Shown here piece after piece: positions 19,500-29,474 of a DNA stretch of 64,000 nucleotides (its first letter is position 1; each line of letters starts with the position of its first letter). This DNA comes from Desulfobacterales bacterium (GTDB taxonomy: Bacteria; Desulfobacterota; Desulfobacteria; Desulfobacterales; UBA2245). A program made the position numbers and the translations under genes. The notes under the pieces were generated by a model. It saw only the letters and a list, made by a program, of their open reading frames with translations. It was not told the origin of the DNA and made no database searches. The stretch spans positions 248,001 to 312,000 of the forward strand of contig JAXGZF010000005.1 in the NCBI GenBank assembly GCA_040771865.1, read 5' to 3'.

Positions 19500-20738
19500 C
19501 TATTCCAGATCTTTGGTTGCAGGCGCTTTCAGGGTTGCGGAGATGATGACCGAAACCGCCACCACGATGGCGCCGATAATAAACGGCATATAGTAGGTGC
19601 CGGTGGTATCTTTCAAGTAGCCGCCGACCCAGGGTCCGGCAAATCCGGCAAAGCCCCATGCGGTAAACAGCAGACCGTAGTTGGAGCCTTGAGCGGTCGG
19701 GCCGAAGTAAGCAAGACAGGCAGCGGGGAACAGGGTGAACATGCCGCCGTAGTTCCAGCCGATCAGGGCGGCGCAGAGCCACAGCGCCCATTGTGAGGAT
19801 GCAGCCGGATACAGCAGAAGCATGGCCGCAGTCTGCAGCGCAAACCAGATCACAAAAACCGCCTTTACGCCCACCTTGTCAACAACGAGGCCTGTGATGA
19901 TACGGGTCGCCGCATTGGCAAAGGCCAGTGCGCTGACCGCGCCGGCTGCCTGCATCGGCGTCAAACCCCGGTCGATGCCGGTGGCGGCGATATGACCGAT
20001 GACCATAAGACCGGCAAACGAACCGGCGAAGTAGCTCAGATACAGCAGCCAGAATTGAGGCGTCCGAATGGATTCTTCATGGGTGAAATCGCGAGTGGCC
20101 TTTTTCCCAGCCGCCGGTGCGGGGGGGTTCCATCCAGCCGGTTTCCAGCCCTTCGGGGGGTACTTCAGAGGAAGGCCGGCTACGACCGCCATGATCCCCA
20201 TGGCCGCTCCGCAGTACCAGAACACGTACCGCCAGCCATAATCCGGACTGTTGATGATTTTTGTGGCCAGCGGACCCATGAGAAAGGAGCCCAGACCCAG
20301 GCCGACCACGGCGAAACCCGTTGCCAGCGCCCTGCGGTCAGGCCACCATTTGGGTGCCGTGGCGATGGGGGGCAGGTAGATGCACCCGCCGCCGAATCCG
20401 GCGATCACGCCATAGGTGATGTACAGCTGGAGTTTGCTTGTAATGAAACCGGATAAGACAAAGCCGATGCACAGAATGATGCCGCCGCCGACCACGACCA
20501 GTCTCGGACCGTATTTATCGCTCAGACGACCGGCCGGGAAGGTCATCAGGCCGAATATCAGACAGCAGATCGCGAAGGCAAGAGCGATTTCCGAACGGGA
20601 CCATCCGAATTCAGCGTTCAAAGGTTTGATGAAAACGCTCCACGCATAGAGAAGCATGCCGCAGGTGGTGCTTCCGAGCAGGCCCAGGAACAGATATATT
20701 CCTCTGGGCATTTGGGTTTCTACTTGTTCAGCCGCCAT
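19500..20738 (-). CDS. MFS monocarboxylate (L-lactate) transporter, SLC16/OFA-like, SfMCT-type
   Basis: [72 protein letters not shown] closely match my recollection of Syntrophobacter SfMCT; RBS AAGGAGG. Confidence 0.9.
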   Translation of the reverse strand: MAAEQVETQMPRGIYLFLGLLGSTTCGMLLYAWSVFIKPLNAEFGWSRSEIALAFAICCLIFGLMTFPAGRLSDKYGPRLVVVGGGIILCIGFVLSGFITSKLQLYITYGVIAGFGGGCIYLPPIATAPKWWPDRRALATGFAVVGLGLGSFLMGPLATKIINSPDYGWRYVFWYCGAAMGIMAVVAGLPLKYPPKGWKPAGWNPPAPAAGKKATRDFTHEESIRTPQFWLLYLSYFAGSFAGLMVIGHIAATGIDRGLTPMQAAGAVSALAFANAATRIITGLVVDKVGVKAVFVIWFALQTAAMLLLYPAASSQWALWLCAALIGWNYGGMFTLFPAACLAYFGPTAQGSNYGLLFTAWGFAGFAGPWVGGYLKDTTGTYYMPFIIGAIVVAVSVIISATLKAPATKDLE

Positions 20739-21083
20739 ATAATTCCCTCCTTGTAATTAAAAACCTTAAGTTGATCCCCTGAGATGTTTTTAATTGGGTT
20801 GTCGAAGCCTTTTCTTCCCTCCTTTCATCCGTTGTTTAGTTTTTAAAATTTAAGCGTTGCTTTCAAGCGCATATTTCTGAAAACCGACGCCAGCGCCGGT
20901 AGAATAAGGCGCTTCTTTCCAGCTCTGCCCTGAAAAATTTACGAATGTATGGCATGTCTTGGGTCATGATTTCATTTCTGGTGGAACATTTGGTTCGAAG
21001 TGCAAGCAGCTATTTTAATAATAGATGAATTATAATCTAAAAAAATGAAAAACAACTGAATACCATTTATTCATTTTAATAGG

Positions 21084-21112
21084 TTTATATTATGTTGATA
21101 TCTTATTGTCAA
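21084..21112 (-). promoter_or_regulatory. Sigma70 promoter for the MFS transporter
   Basis: Minus strand TTGACA-N17-TATAAA; overlapped by palindrome TGTTGA-N10-TCAACA (21093-21114). Confidence 0.7.
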
Positions 21113-21608
21113 CAATTATCATTTGCCTGATACAAATTTATACTCAAAGCAGAGACACAGAAAATAATTCAATGTTATAATCGCAGTAATTTCAAAATGA
21201 TAGGATGTTAATAAATTATAAAAAAAAAGGACACCGTCATCGAATCGAAAAAAACGATTACATGGCGAATGTCCAAGGAACATATTGTTTGAAACAAACC
21301 CCTTGTATTCATAATAACCCCTTGATTTAAAATAAAATACCGAAATTCGAATGTCTCGATCGGCAACAGACAATCCAGCTTGTTTAAGAAACTGATACCG
21401 AAAAGTATGATCGAAGAGGTGGAAGTCGAAGAAAAGCCGTCAGGGGATTCGCCACCGCAGAGCAGTATATGGGTAGTTCGGCGTGCCGGTTAACAATATT
21501 TTATTTGAACGCCGGAAGAAAAGAACGTTTTTTCCATTGAGGGCTTCTGCGCTGTACCCATTATTCTCCAAACAGCATCCTTGCCGAATCGTCCCCTGCA
21601 AAACCGTC

Positions 21609-23369
21609 TCAATTCTTCTGGAAGATCTGGTCAAAATATACCTCGGGCGATCTGGGCATGAGATAATCCCCGAATCGAAGGGCATCGTTCAGGTCCGCCA
21701 GGGCATCGACATCCACCCACCAGTACCAGTAAGCGCTGTCTTCCCGTCCGTATTTAGACAAAACCGTCGGCGGCGTTCCGAATTTGTTCCAGTACAGGAG
21801 ACGGGTGTAGTTGATATTCCACAAAAGCACGTATGGATAGGCTTCAGCGATGATTCTGTCGATTTCCCGGCAGATCGCGTTTCGTTTTTGAACATCGAAA
21901 ACCGCCTTCTGGGTTTCAATCAGCGCATCCACCTTCGAGTCTTTAAAACCGGTGATGTTGTTGCTCCCTTTGCGAGCAGCTTCGCCCGAGGCCCACATCC
22001 CTTCCGGATCCTTGAAGACGCCGGAGCTCCAACTCGCCCATGTCATGTCGAAATTAAACTCGTCCATGTCCCTGGCCCAGGCGGCCCAGTCTTTTTTGTC
22101 GATGATCAGCTCAACGCCCGCATCCTTTAGATCTTCGGCGTAAATTGCCAGAAAATTTTCCGAAGAAGCTTCACGGGTGAGAAAACGAAAAGAAAACCTT
22201 TTTCCGTCTTTTTCCAGATACCCTGTTTTCGAATTCACAGACCATCCGGCGGCTTTTAACAGCTCCCGGGCCTTTTGCTTGTCAAGTTCGATTTCGGGAT
22301 TCTGGCAGGGATGTTGGGCCGAATACAGGTCTTCAAAATAAGAGCGGTGCAGAAAGTACTGGTCGTACATCAGGGTGCTGTTCATCTTCCGGCGGTCCAG
22401 AAGCAGAGCCATGGCTTTGCGCGCTCGAACATCGTCAAACGGCGGGCGGCGCATGTTCATGGCAAATCCCTGGAATCCGATCGGCGCATGGTTGTATATC
22501 TTTTGCTTGATGATCCAGTTTTTCAGAAATTTTTCGCCCTGAGTTTCATGAACCCAGATACGGGAGGTATAGATGGGAAAAAGATCTATTTCTCCTTTTT
22601 TGAAGGCCTCAAAAGCGTTTTCCCGTTCAGCGAAAAATTTGAATTTCATGGTTTGAAAATTGCCGGTTCCTCGATGGCGCATTGCATTTCGGGCCCACCA
22701 GTCCTGACGCCGCTCCAGGGAAATCGCCAGACCTTCCTGTATTTTTCCGAGCCGATAGGAACCGGAAACCACGGGAAATTCAAAATTGATCTTGTTGAAA
22801 TCCATGTTCTCGAACGCATGTTTGCATAAAACATGAAATCCTCCGGCAGTGCCCAGATTTTTCCAGTGCACGTCCCGGGCCGTGAAACGGATGGTTCGCT
22901 CGTTAACGACCACCGGCGATTCAAAACGTTCCATGTCGAGCTTGTGCGGTCCGGTCAGATTTTTCGGATCAACGATGATTGCGTAGGTCCACAGGACATC
23001 CTTTGCGGTGATCGGTGTTCCGTCGCTCCAGCGGGCAAGCGGGTTCAGGTGGAAGGTAAAGGTTCTGCGGTCCTTCGAGATGGTCCACTTTTCGGCCAGG
23101 CCAGGCTCATACTCAAGCGTGATGGGATTGAGGGCAAGCAGCGTTTCATAAATTGCCCCGAAAATTTCTGCGGATAGCACATTGTTGTCCAGGTAATAAT
23201 TGAGACTTTTGGGGTATTGACCGGCGAAAATGGAAATCTCGCCTCCAACGACTGCGTCCGGGCTGGCGAGGGGATTGGAGCGGTCGGCCCATCCCGCCGG
23301 AGGAAAGGTCTCGTCGCCGAAGGCGACCGATCTGATCAGGATGATGAGTAGAATAAGGAGCTTTTTCAT
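21609..23369 (-). CDS. ABC transporter extracellular solute-binding protein, family 5 (YejA-like)
   Basis: Signal peptide MKKLLILL; GLAEKWTIS, ARWSDGTPITAKDV, NMRRPPFDDVRARKA, YWNKFG. Confidence 0.88.
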   Translation of the reverse strand: MKKLLILLIILIRSVAFGDETFPPAGWADRSNPLASPDAVVGGEISIFAGQYPKSLNYYLDNNVLSAEIFGAIYETLLALNPITLEYEPGLAEKWTISKDRRTFTFHLNPLARWSDGTPITAKDVLWTYAIIVDPKNLTGPHKLDMERFESPVVVNERTIRFTARDVHWKNLGTAGGFHVLCKHAFENMDFNKINFEFPVVSGSYRLGKIQEGLAISLERRQDWWARNAMRHRGTGNFQTMKFKFFAERENAFEAFKKGEIDLFPIYTSRIWVHETQGEKFLKNWIIKQKIYNHAPIGFQGFAMNMRRPPFDDVRARKAMALLLDRRKMNSTLMYDQYFLHRSYFEDLYSAQHPCQNPEIELDKQKARELLKAAGWSVNSKTGYLEKDGKRFSFRFLTREASSENFLAIYAEDLKDAGVELIIDKKDWAAWARDMDEFNFDMTWASWSSGVFKDPEGMWASGEAARKGSNNITGFKDSKVDALIETQKAVFDVQKRNAICREIDRIIAEAYPYVLLWNINYTRLLYWNKFGTPPTVLSKYGREDSAYWYWWVDVDALADLNDALRFGDYLMPRSPEVYFDQIFQKN

Positions 23370-23432
23370 GCCCGCTCTCCATTTTCCGGGCGGCAACCGA
23401 ATCAAGCCCGATGCTGTGTGAAAAGGATTTTG

Positions 23433-24263
23433 TCAGGCTTTTCTGAGCACGTCGATCATCGTATAAACGCGGCCCTTTTGATCGCCTTTCGCTTTTTGAA
23501 AAAGAAATTCCACCGCATCGAACGTGCCTTGAGCATATACGTCTCTGCCGTTGATGTTGTGTGTGAAGCTGAAAGAAACGGTTCCGTCTTCGGAATTCAG
23601 CGTATAGGTATGCCATGCATGACCGGATAGATAGGATTCTGGAATTTTCCAGACGGATTTCTGAATCCGCGGGTCTCTTTCCTTGATGATCTGATCTTCG
23701 GTGAATGCCACGCCCATTTTGTTGAAATAAGCAACCATGGCCCGGGCCGTTCCGCTGGTATCCGCCTTGCCTTTCTGGTGGCTTTCCCTGATTTCAAGAC
23801 GGTAGCCTGAGAAAAGGCCGGGAAAATTTTCAGCCGCATACCGCATCATGGCCTGAAATCCGACAATCTGTTTGGCCATGTTCGGCGCGATGACCGCGGA
23901 GATTTTTGAACGAAGAACCGTATTTTCAAGCTTCTGCCTATCGCCGCCGGTGGTTCCCATCACAAAATAAAGACCATGTTTGCAATAGAAATCAGCGTTG
24001 CCGTTGACCGCGGACGGGTGCGTGAAGTCGACGGCGATAAATTCTTGCTTCCGGTTTTTTATCTGAGCAATGGCCTGATCCCGATGATCCGGATGAATCA
24101 GCGAAAAGGTTTTGCCGTCAACGATGTGCCGGTCCTGGGTGATTTCAGGCCCGGTCAGCGAGGCGTTGATGACTTCAAAACGTTCGTCCCTAAAGGCGTG
24201 AGCGGCCAGGGATGAGGCCACGTTCCCCGGCATGCCGTTGATCATGATCTTGATGCGCTTCAT
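23433..24263 (-). CDS. dapB: 4-hydroxy-tetrahydrodipicolinate reductase (DapB, plant/deltaproteobacterial type)
   Basis: NGMPGNVA, VDFTHP, FVMGTTGG, IAPNMAKQIV, ESHQKGKADTSGTA, GHAWHTY. Confidence 0.88.
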   Translation of the reverse strand: MKRIKIMINGMPGNVASSLAAHAFRDERFEVINASLTGPEITQDRHIVDGKTFSLIHPDHRDQAIAQIKNRKQEFIAVDFTHPSAVNGNADFYCKHGLYFVMGTTGGDRQKLENTVLRSKISAVIAPNMAKQIVGFQAMMRYAAENFPGLFSGYRLEIRESHQKGKADTSGTARAMVAYFNKMGVAFTEDQIIKERDPRIQKSVWKIPESYLSGHAWHTYTLNSEDGTVSFSFTHNINGRDVYAQGTFDAVEFLFQKAKGDQKGRVYTMIDVLRKA

Positions 24264-25969
24264 GATGGTTCTCCCGTGGTGTTGGGGTCGATTGGTCCTG
24301 TATCCAGGCTTTCGATCAAAGACCTGAAGTGTTTTATCTCGGCCTCGTCGAAGGTTGCAATCCGCTGCTTCAGGGTAGCCAGGGCAGGTGAAATGTAGGT
24401 TTCAAAATGAAATTTGCCCTTGTTTCGGCTCAAAAACGCAAACGCTCCGAGAATTTGAAGATTGCGCGTGATTTCGCAGAAGCGGTATCCACGGACAATT
24501 TTATTGGGATCAATTCCGGTTTTTTCCGACAATTTTCCGACCGCGTAGTCCAGTAGTTCTTCTTGAACATCTTGGGTAAGGCCGACATAGGGGTCAATTA
24601 AAAGGGATGCCAGATCGTATTGAACAGGACCGATGCGCGCTGCCTGATAATCAATCAAATAAAACCGGCCGTTACGGACCATGATATTCCGGGATTGAAA
24701 ATCCCGGTGCATCAGCCCGGAAACGGAATACGCCATTGCATTGTCTGCGATAAAGGAAAAGTCCGGCAGAAGATCTCCAAAGCATGCATCGATCTTGAGA
24801 TATCCTCTGACAAGGGCATCCAGAAAATACCGGCATTCTCTTTCCAGGATCAGACCCTTGTCATAGCGGGGGGTATCACAGGCCCAGGCCGGCTCAAAAT
24901 CCTGAATTCCGAATGAACTGAAATCCAGAAGCAGGTCGATGACGCAGCGGTAGATTTTTTTTAAGTCGTCCGGAGAGGCGTTTTTCACGTACTGCTGCAG
25001 GTGCTGATCTCCGAGATCCTCCAGAAAAACCAGACCTGCAAATCGGTCCGCTGCATAAATCTGCGCCACCGGAAGTTTTTTACGATACAGATGATTGCCG
25101 ATATCGATAAAGGCATCCACCTCGGCGGTTTTGTTCGGATCATTTCGAATGCCGTGATCCGCTATGATCATGGAATGATTTCCGGATGTCATTCGAAACC
25201 ACTTTCGATCCGAACCGTCTCCTTGCAGTACAGCAGTTTGAATCGTCGGGCGGAAATTGGGCGATATCCGGTTGAATGCATCTGCGGCCATTCGGTCAAA
25301 GGCCGCCTGACGATAGCGCTCCGGAGTGCCGATATCGTCCCAGAAAGCGCTTTCGGCGACATACGCCTGAACTATTCGGCCGTCTGCAATCATCCGCCGG
25401 TATGCGTCGATGCTGCTGTAGAACTGTTTTGGAGGAATATAGTCCAGAACCACCGGAGAGAGTACCTGGATTCCGGTGAAGGTGAAAGCATTGTGTTTCG
25501 GTACCGGTTCGGCATGAAACCGCGTGATCCGGTTTCGGGCGTCGATTTCAACCTGGTTGAACGCAGGATGGTTGCACAGCGCCAGGGTGGCGTCATTCCC
25601 TTTGTGGATATGATGCGCGTAAACCGCCTTCAGATCGATGTCCGTGACGATGTCCCCGTTGATGACCATAAAGGGGTCGGATTCCCAGAAATCCCTTGCA
25701 TTGCCAATGGCGCCGCCGGTGCCGAGAATGTCGGGTTCAAATCTCAGGCAAACTGGAATGTCGTAACGCTGATGCGATATGAAGTCCTCGATTTTATCAT
25801 GCAGATGATGTGTGTTGATCATCACGGCCCGGCATCCGGCCTCAATCAGACGCCGAATGGCGATATCCAGCAACCTTTGCCCGCCGATGGAAAACAGGGG
25901 CTTGGGCGTGTGCCGAGTGAAGGGAAGCAATCGGGTGCCGAATCCGGCGGCCAGTATCAATGCTTTCAT
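24260..25969 (-). CDS. Fused nucleotidyltransferase (MurU-like) + APH-family sugar kinase (AmgK-like)
   Basis: N domain MKALILAAGFGTRLLPFT..PKPL, LGTGG, INGD, WDDIGTPE; C domain GDGSDRKWFR, LEDLGD, HRDFQSRNIM, IDYQAARIGPVQYDLASLL. Confidence 0.85.
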   Translation of the reverse strand: MKALILAAGFGTRLLPFTRHTPKPLFSIGGQRLLDIAIRRLIEAGCRAVMINTHHLHDKIEDFISHQRYDIPVCLRFEPDILGTGGAIGNARDFWESDPFMVINGDIVTDIDLKAVYAHHIHKGNDATLALCNHPAFNQVEIDARNRITRFHAEPVPKHNAFTFTGIQVLSPVVLDYIPPKQFYSSIDAYRRMIADGRIVQAYVAESAFWDDIGTPERYRQAAFDRMAADAFNRISPNFRPTIQTAVLQGDGSDRKWFRMTSGNHSMIIADHGIRNDPNKTAEVDAFIDIGNHLYRKKLPVAQIYAADRFAGLVFLEDLGDQHLQQYVKNASPDDLKKIYRCVIDLLLDFSSFGIQDFEPAWACDTPRYDKGLILERECRYFLDALVRGYLKIDACFGDLLPDFSFIADNAMAYSVSGLMHRDFQSRNIMVRNGRFYLIDYQAARIGPVQYDLASLLIDPYVGLTQDVQEELLDYAVGKLSEKTGIDPNKIVRGYRFCEITRNLQILGAFAFLSRNKGKFHFETYISPALATLKQRIATFDEAEIKHFRSLIESLDTGPIDPNTTGEPS

Positions 25970-25993
25970 AAGATCCGGTCAGTTGTTTGAATT

Positions 25994-28630
25994 TCAGGGC
26001 AGACGAGACAGATATTCCTGAATCCTGTCGGCGTATAAATTGATTGCCTCGGCGTCTTCGGATCCCTTGATGCCGTTGTAGGTGAACAGATCCACGGCAT
26101 TGAGGTAATTGATCTTGGACAGGGATTCCTTGCGCTGTATCTCGCCGCGCTTGTACATCCGGGTTCCGCGGGACTGAATTTTTTTGAGGCGGTCCTTGTT
26201 GCTGATGGCGCTTTTCGAGTACCGCGCAAACACTTTCAGAACGATCAGATATGATTCAAAATAGGTTTTCAGAAAACCGGCGAACAAATTGAGTTTCTTG
26301 TAGCCGACGGCCGTCAGATTATAGGTGTCCGGAAGGGTGGGATGCGGGCTGAGAATGGCATCGTCAATAAAGGCCTTGATGCACTTTCTGACGTTGTATT
26401 CCGACGTGTTGTCCACATCGTAGGCGAACTCGTATTTGAAAAGATCCTGCAGAAAGGCATAATCGGCATGCAGATCCACGGACGAGAACTGAAATGCATC
26501 CCTCTTGAGAATCGCCATCGCGGTATAGGCTGCCGGTACAAAAAAGGAGATCGCGTTGTTCTTGTAGTACTCCAGAAGCGTGCGCCTGCTTTCCTGAATT
26601 TCAAAAACCGTATCGGTAAAAGGGGTGATTTTTTCTCCGGAGACCGGCTCGATGAATTTCCTTTGAATATAGTTGCTCAGAACCTTTTCGACGGCGTTTT
26701 CGGGATCAACGACCAGCGTGTCGGCCAGAGTCGCCTTGTGGGAGATCAGAAAGGTCGTGTAGGTTTCCAGGCCTTTTTTGAACTGTTCATAAGAAAATCG
26801 TTCTTTTTCAAGATTGAGCAGAACGCAGGCCACCAGAGCGTAAGGCGTGACCACCGATACCTGGTTGATGGCGTTGATCACCCGGTATCCCAGATTGCGG
26901 ATCAATATGTTCTGATCCTTTGCGTTCATGGTGTGAAGCGAGACGCCCATCTTTTGCTGAAGATCCACGATGCTGATAGGTTCATCGAACTTGACGTAGA
27001 TTCTCCCGTAACGTTTTTTGAGCACCTTTCGCGCCTTGAACACCTGCATGATGTTTTCGGGTTTTTTCTGTTCCCCTTCAATCTCGCTCAGGTAGGCATT
27101 TTCTTCAAGAACCTGGTCGTATCCGATAAAAATCGGGGCAAATGACATGTCTTCGCACGCCCCGTTGCGATAGGCACCCAGCAGAATCGAAAGCAGCCCG
27201 AGTTTGGGCAGAATGAGCTTGCCTGTCCGGCTTCTTCCGCCTTCGATGAAAAATTCGATGTTAAATCCTTCCTGAAGCAGTTTGTGAATATATTCCGAAA
27301 ATACCTTGGAATACAGAGCCGCCCCCCTGAATGTCCGGCGGATGAAAAAAGCACCGCCGCCTCTGAACAGCGGGCCAAGCGGCCAAAAGGAAAGATTCTT
27401 GCCGGCGGCTACATGGGGACAGGGCAGGTTGCTGTTGTGCAGGAGGAAGGAGAGGATTAGGTAATCAAAATGACTTTTATGGCAGGGTATCAGAATCACC
27501 GGGCCTTTCTGGGCTGCCAGTTTGACTCGGTTCAGCCCCTCTGAATCAACCGTGATTCCCTCGAACATGGCTTTCAAAAACCAGCCTACCACAATGCTGC
27601 CAATATTGATGATGGTTCGGTTGTATTTTGCCGCGATTTCATCAATATAGCCGTCGGCCTCGCGCAATACCTTATAAATTGGAATGTTGCGGGATTCGGA
27701 ATAGTTTTCCATGAACGGACGCAGGCGCTCGTTCATCAGAATGCTTTCCTTGAGCTCCTCGACCGACTTGATGACCGGCCCCGTGATGCTTTGCCGATGG
27801 CGGTTGATCTGATGCAGAAGCCGCTGGCGAAGTTCCTGACTCTGCTGGGCGACGGTCCGGTTTCGAATATCCGAATGATCCAGAAAATCTTTAAGAATGA
27901 CCGGCTGGGAAATTTCAACAAAAACTTTTCCCGGATACTTGAACATCCGAATGATCCGACGAATAATTCCCAGTCGTTCCTCGCTTCCGAATATCATGTC
28001 CACCGGCAATATTCCCTGGCGATTGGGTTTTTTGCTGAAAAACATCAGCTGGGGAACAATATATATGGGCCGGTCAATGGACTTCTGAATTTCGATCAGA
28101 TGGCTGACCGGATCTGATTTGGATTTGACAAAACGCCGGTATACGCCTCGTCTTTCGATCAGGGAAAAAAGTGCGGCGCGTCCCTGAAGCAGCTGTTCTT
28201 TGATAAAACCGTTTTTGTAGGGATTCAGCAGAGTTTTGTTGCCAATCCAGTGATCGACATGAGCGGTCAATATGCGGAGAAGTCTTGAAACCGGCTGCCA
28301 CAGAAAAACCCTGAATCCCATGCCGATCTGCGGTGCCGGAACCTTTTCCCGGCGATAGCGGATGTAATAAAAAAGGTATTCGAAATAGCTCTTATACTGA
28401 ATGGCGTATACGACAATGGCATCAGCAGGAATTTGTGCGAGAACGGCCAGCTGATCCTTTTCCGTTGTTACCCCGGAAAAAAAGCGGTTCAGAAAGGATG
28501 TGGATAAAAATCCGATGTCTTCGGGCAGTTCGCAAAGATAATGATGATGCGTTTTGGCAAGAAAACGGTCTATCCATCGCCGGAATTTGCCTTTTTCGGC
28601 AGATGGTTGGGGGTGGGCTTGATTTTCCAT
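25994..28630 (-). CDS. plsB: Glycerol-3-phosphate acyltransferase PlsB
   Basis: PCHKSHFDY (HxxxxD), AAGKNL, GAFFIRRTF, FFIEGGRSRTGK, LEYYKNN. Confidence 0.9.
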   Translation of the reverse strand: MENQAHPQPSAEKGKFRRWIDRFLAKTHHHYLCELPEDIGFLSTSFLNRFFSGVTTEKDQLAVLAQIPADAIVVYAIQYKSYFEYLFYYIRYRREKVPAPQIGMGFRVFLWQPVSRLLRILTAHVDHWIGNKTLLNPYKNGFIKEQLLQGRAALFSLIERRGVYRRFVKSKSDPVSHLIEIQKSIDRPIYIVPQLMFFSKKPNRQGILPVDMIFGSEERLGIIRRIIRMFKYPGKVFVEISQPVILKDFLDHSDIRNRTVAQQSQELRQRLLHQINRHRQSITGPVIKSVEELKESILMNERLRPFMENYSESRNIPIYKVLREADGYIDEIAAKYNRTIINIGSIVVGWFLKAMFEGITVDSEGLNRVKLAAQKGPVILIPCHKSHFDYLILSFLLHNSNLPCPHVAAGKNLSFWPLGPLFRGGGAFFIRRTFRGAALYSKVFSEYIHKLLQEGFNIEFFIEGGRSRTGKLILPKLGLLSILLGAYRNGACEDMSFAPIFIGYDQVLEENAYLSEIEGEQKKPENIMQVFKARKVLKKRYGRIYVKFDEPISIVDLQQKMGVSLHTMNAKDQNILIRNLGYRVINAINQVSVVTPYALVACVLLNLEKERFSYEQFKKGLETYTTFLISHKATLADTLVVDPENAVEKVLSNYIQRKFIEPVSGEKITPFTDTVFEIQESRRTLLEYYKNNAISFFVPAAYTAMAILKRDAFQFSSVDLHADYAFLQDLFKYEFAYDVDNTSEYNVRKCIKAFIDDAILSPHPTLPDTYNLTAVGYKKLNLFAGFLKTYFESYLIVLKVFARYSKSAISNKDRLKKIQSRGTRMYKRGEIQRKESLSKINYLNAVDLFTYNGIKGSEDAEAINLYADRIQEYLSRLP

Positions 28631-29095
28631 GGTATTATCTTGTCAACGGCAGTTTTATGCCGGATTTTATTTGAATTTTCCTAAAACAAAAAATCCACTC
28701 TGGGCGTTCATCAAGCAATTCAAACCGTTTGGCTCAAATCTTTAAAAGTTCTATCGGCGGCAGGACCGATCCCTCAATATGGAATCAAAACAAATTAACA
28801 GAAAAGGATACTGAATGCAATTAATAATCCCGGAATGAAAGCGAGCGTACCAGTGAGGTTCGGGCGGATAAAAGGTGGTTAAAATGCCGCAGTTTGGTCT
28901 AAAAGCCAAGAGAAGTGCCCGCAACTTTTCAGCTTGCATTCAACATTTTGCTGTGTTAATTTAAAATTTAACTTGTTTTGGAAAATATGATTGTATTTTA
29001 TTGAAATGATTGATTTTTTTGACAATGTTGCGCGGCCTTTTTGTTGCCCTTAAAGGTTTGCAATTTCAACTTAAGTCAAAGGAGGATGGTCTTTT

Positions 29096-29380
29096 ATGAA
29101 AACGTTAATTGGTGGAGCGGTTGCAGCTGTTGTCGGACTCATTTGCCTGATCGTCTGGTTTGATGAGTTCCTGAAGTTACTGGCTGGCGCTGTTCCCGTG
29201 ATGTTGCTGATCGGTGGAGGGTTGGCGGTTTATCTGGGTTATGACGAAATCAAAGACACCTGGAAAAAAGATTCTTCAACGGATGCATCAAAAGCAGGTG
29301 ATGTCGAAAAGTACAAACAGGAGATCGATGAATTGAAAAAGGAAATCGAGACCCTCAAGACCGACAAGCCGAGTGCATAA
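29096..29380 (+). CDS. Small two-TM membrane protein with C-terminal coiled coil (MamI-like pattern)
   Basis: Strong RBS AAGGAGG, two hydrophobic helices, heptad tail VEKYKQEIDELKKEIETLK, own terminator. Confidence 0.8.
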   Translation: MKTLIGGAVAAVVGLICLIVWFDEFLKLLAGAVPVMLLIGGGLAVYLGYDEIKDTWKKDSSTDASKAGDVEKYKQEIDELKKEIETLKTDKPSA

Positions 29381-29400
29381 CCAGTTTTTTTTTAAACCCG

Positions 29401-29436
29401 GCCCTTCATCTTTCTTCGAGGATGAAGGGCTTTTTT
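29401..29436 (+). terminator. Intrinsic terminator
   Basis: GCCCTTCATC...GATGAAGGGC stem followed by TTTTTT. Confidence 0.85.
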
Positions 29437-29474
29437 ATGGGCTGCCCACAGCCGCTTCAGGAGCGGGATTTGTG

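Noticed and set aside
21119..21373. 84-aa minus-strand ORF in the AT-rich region
   Set aside because: Composition simply mirrors AT-rich DNA, no RBS or motif; region better explained as regulatory
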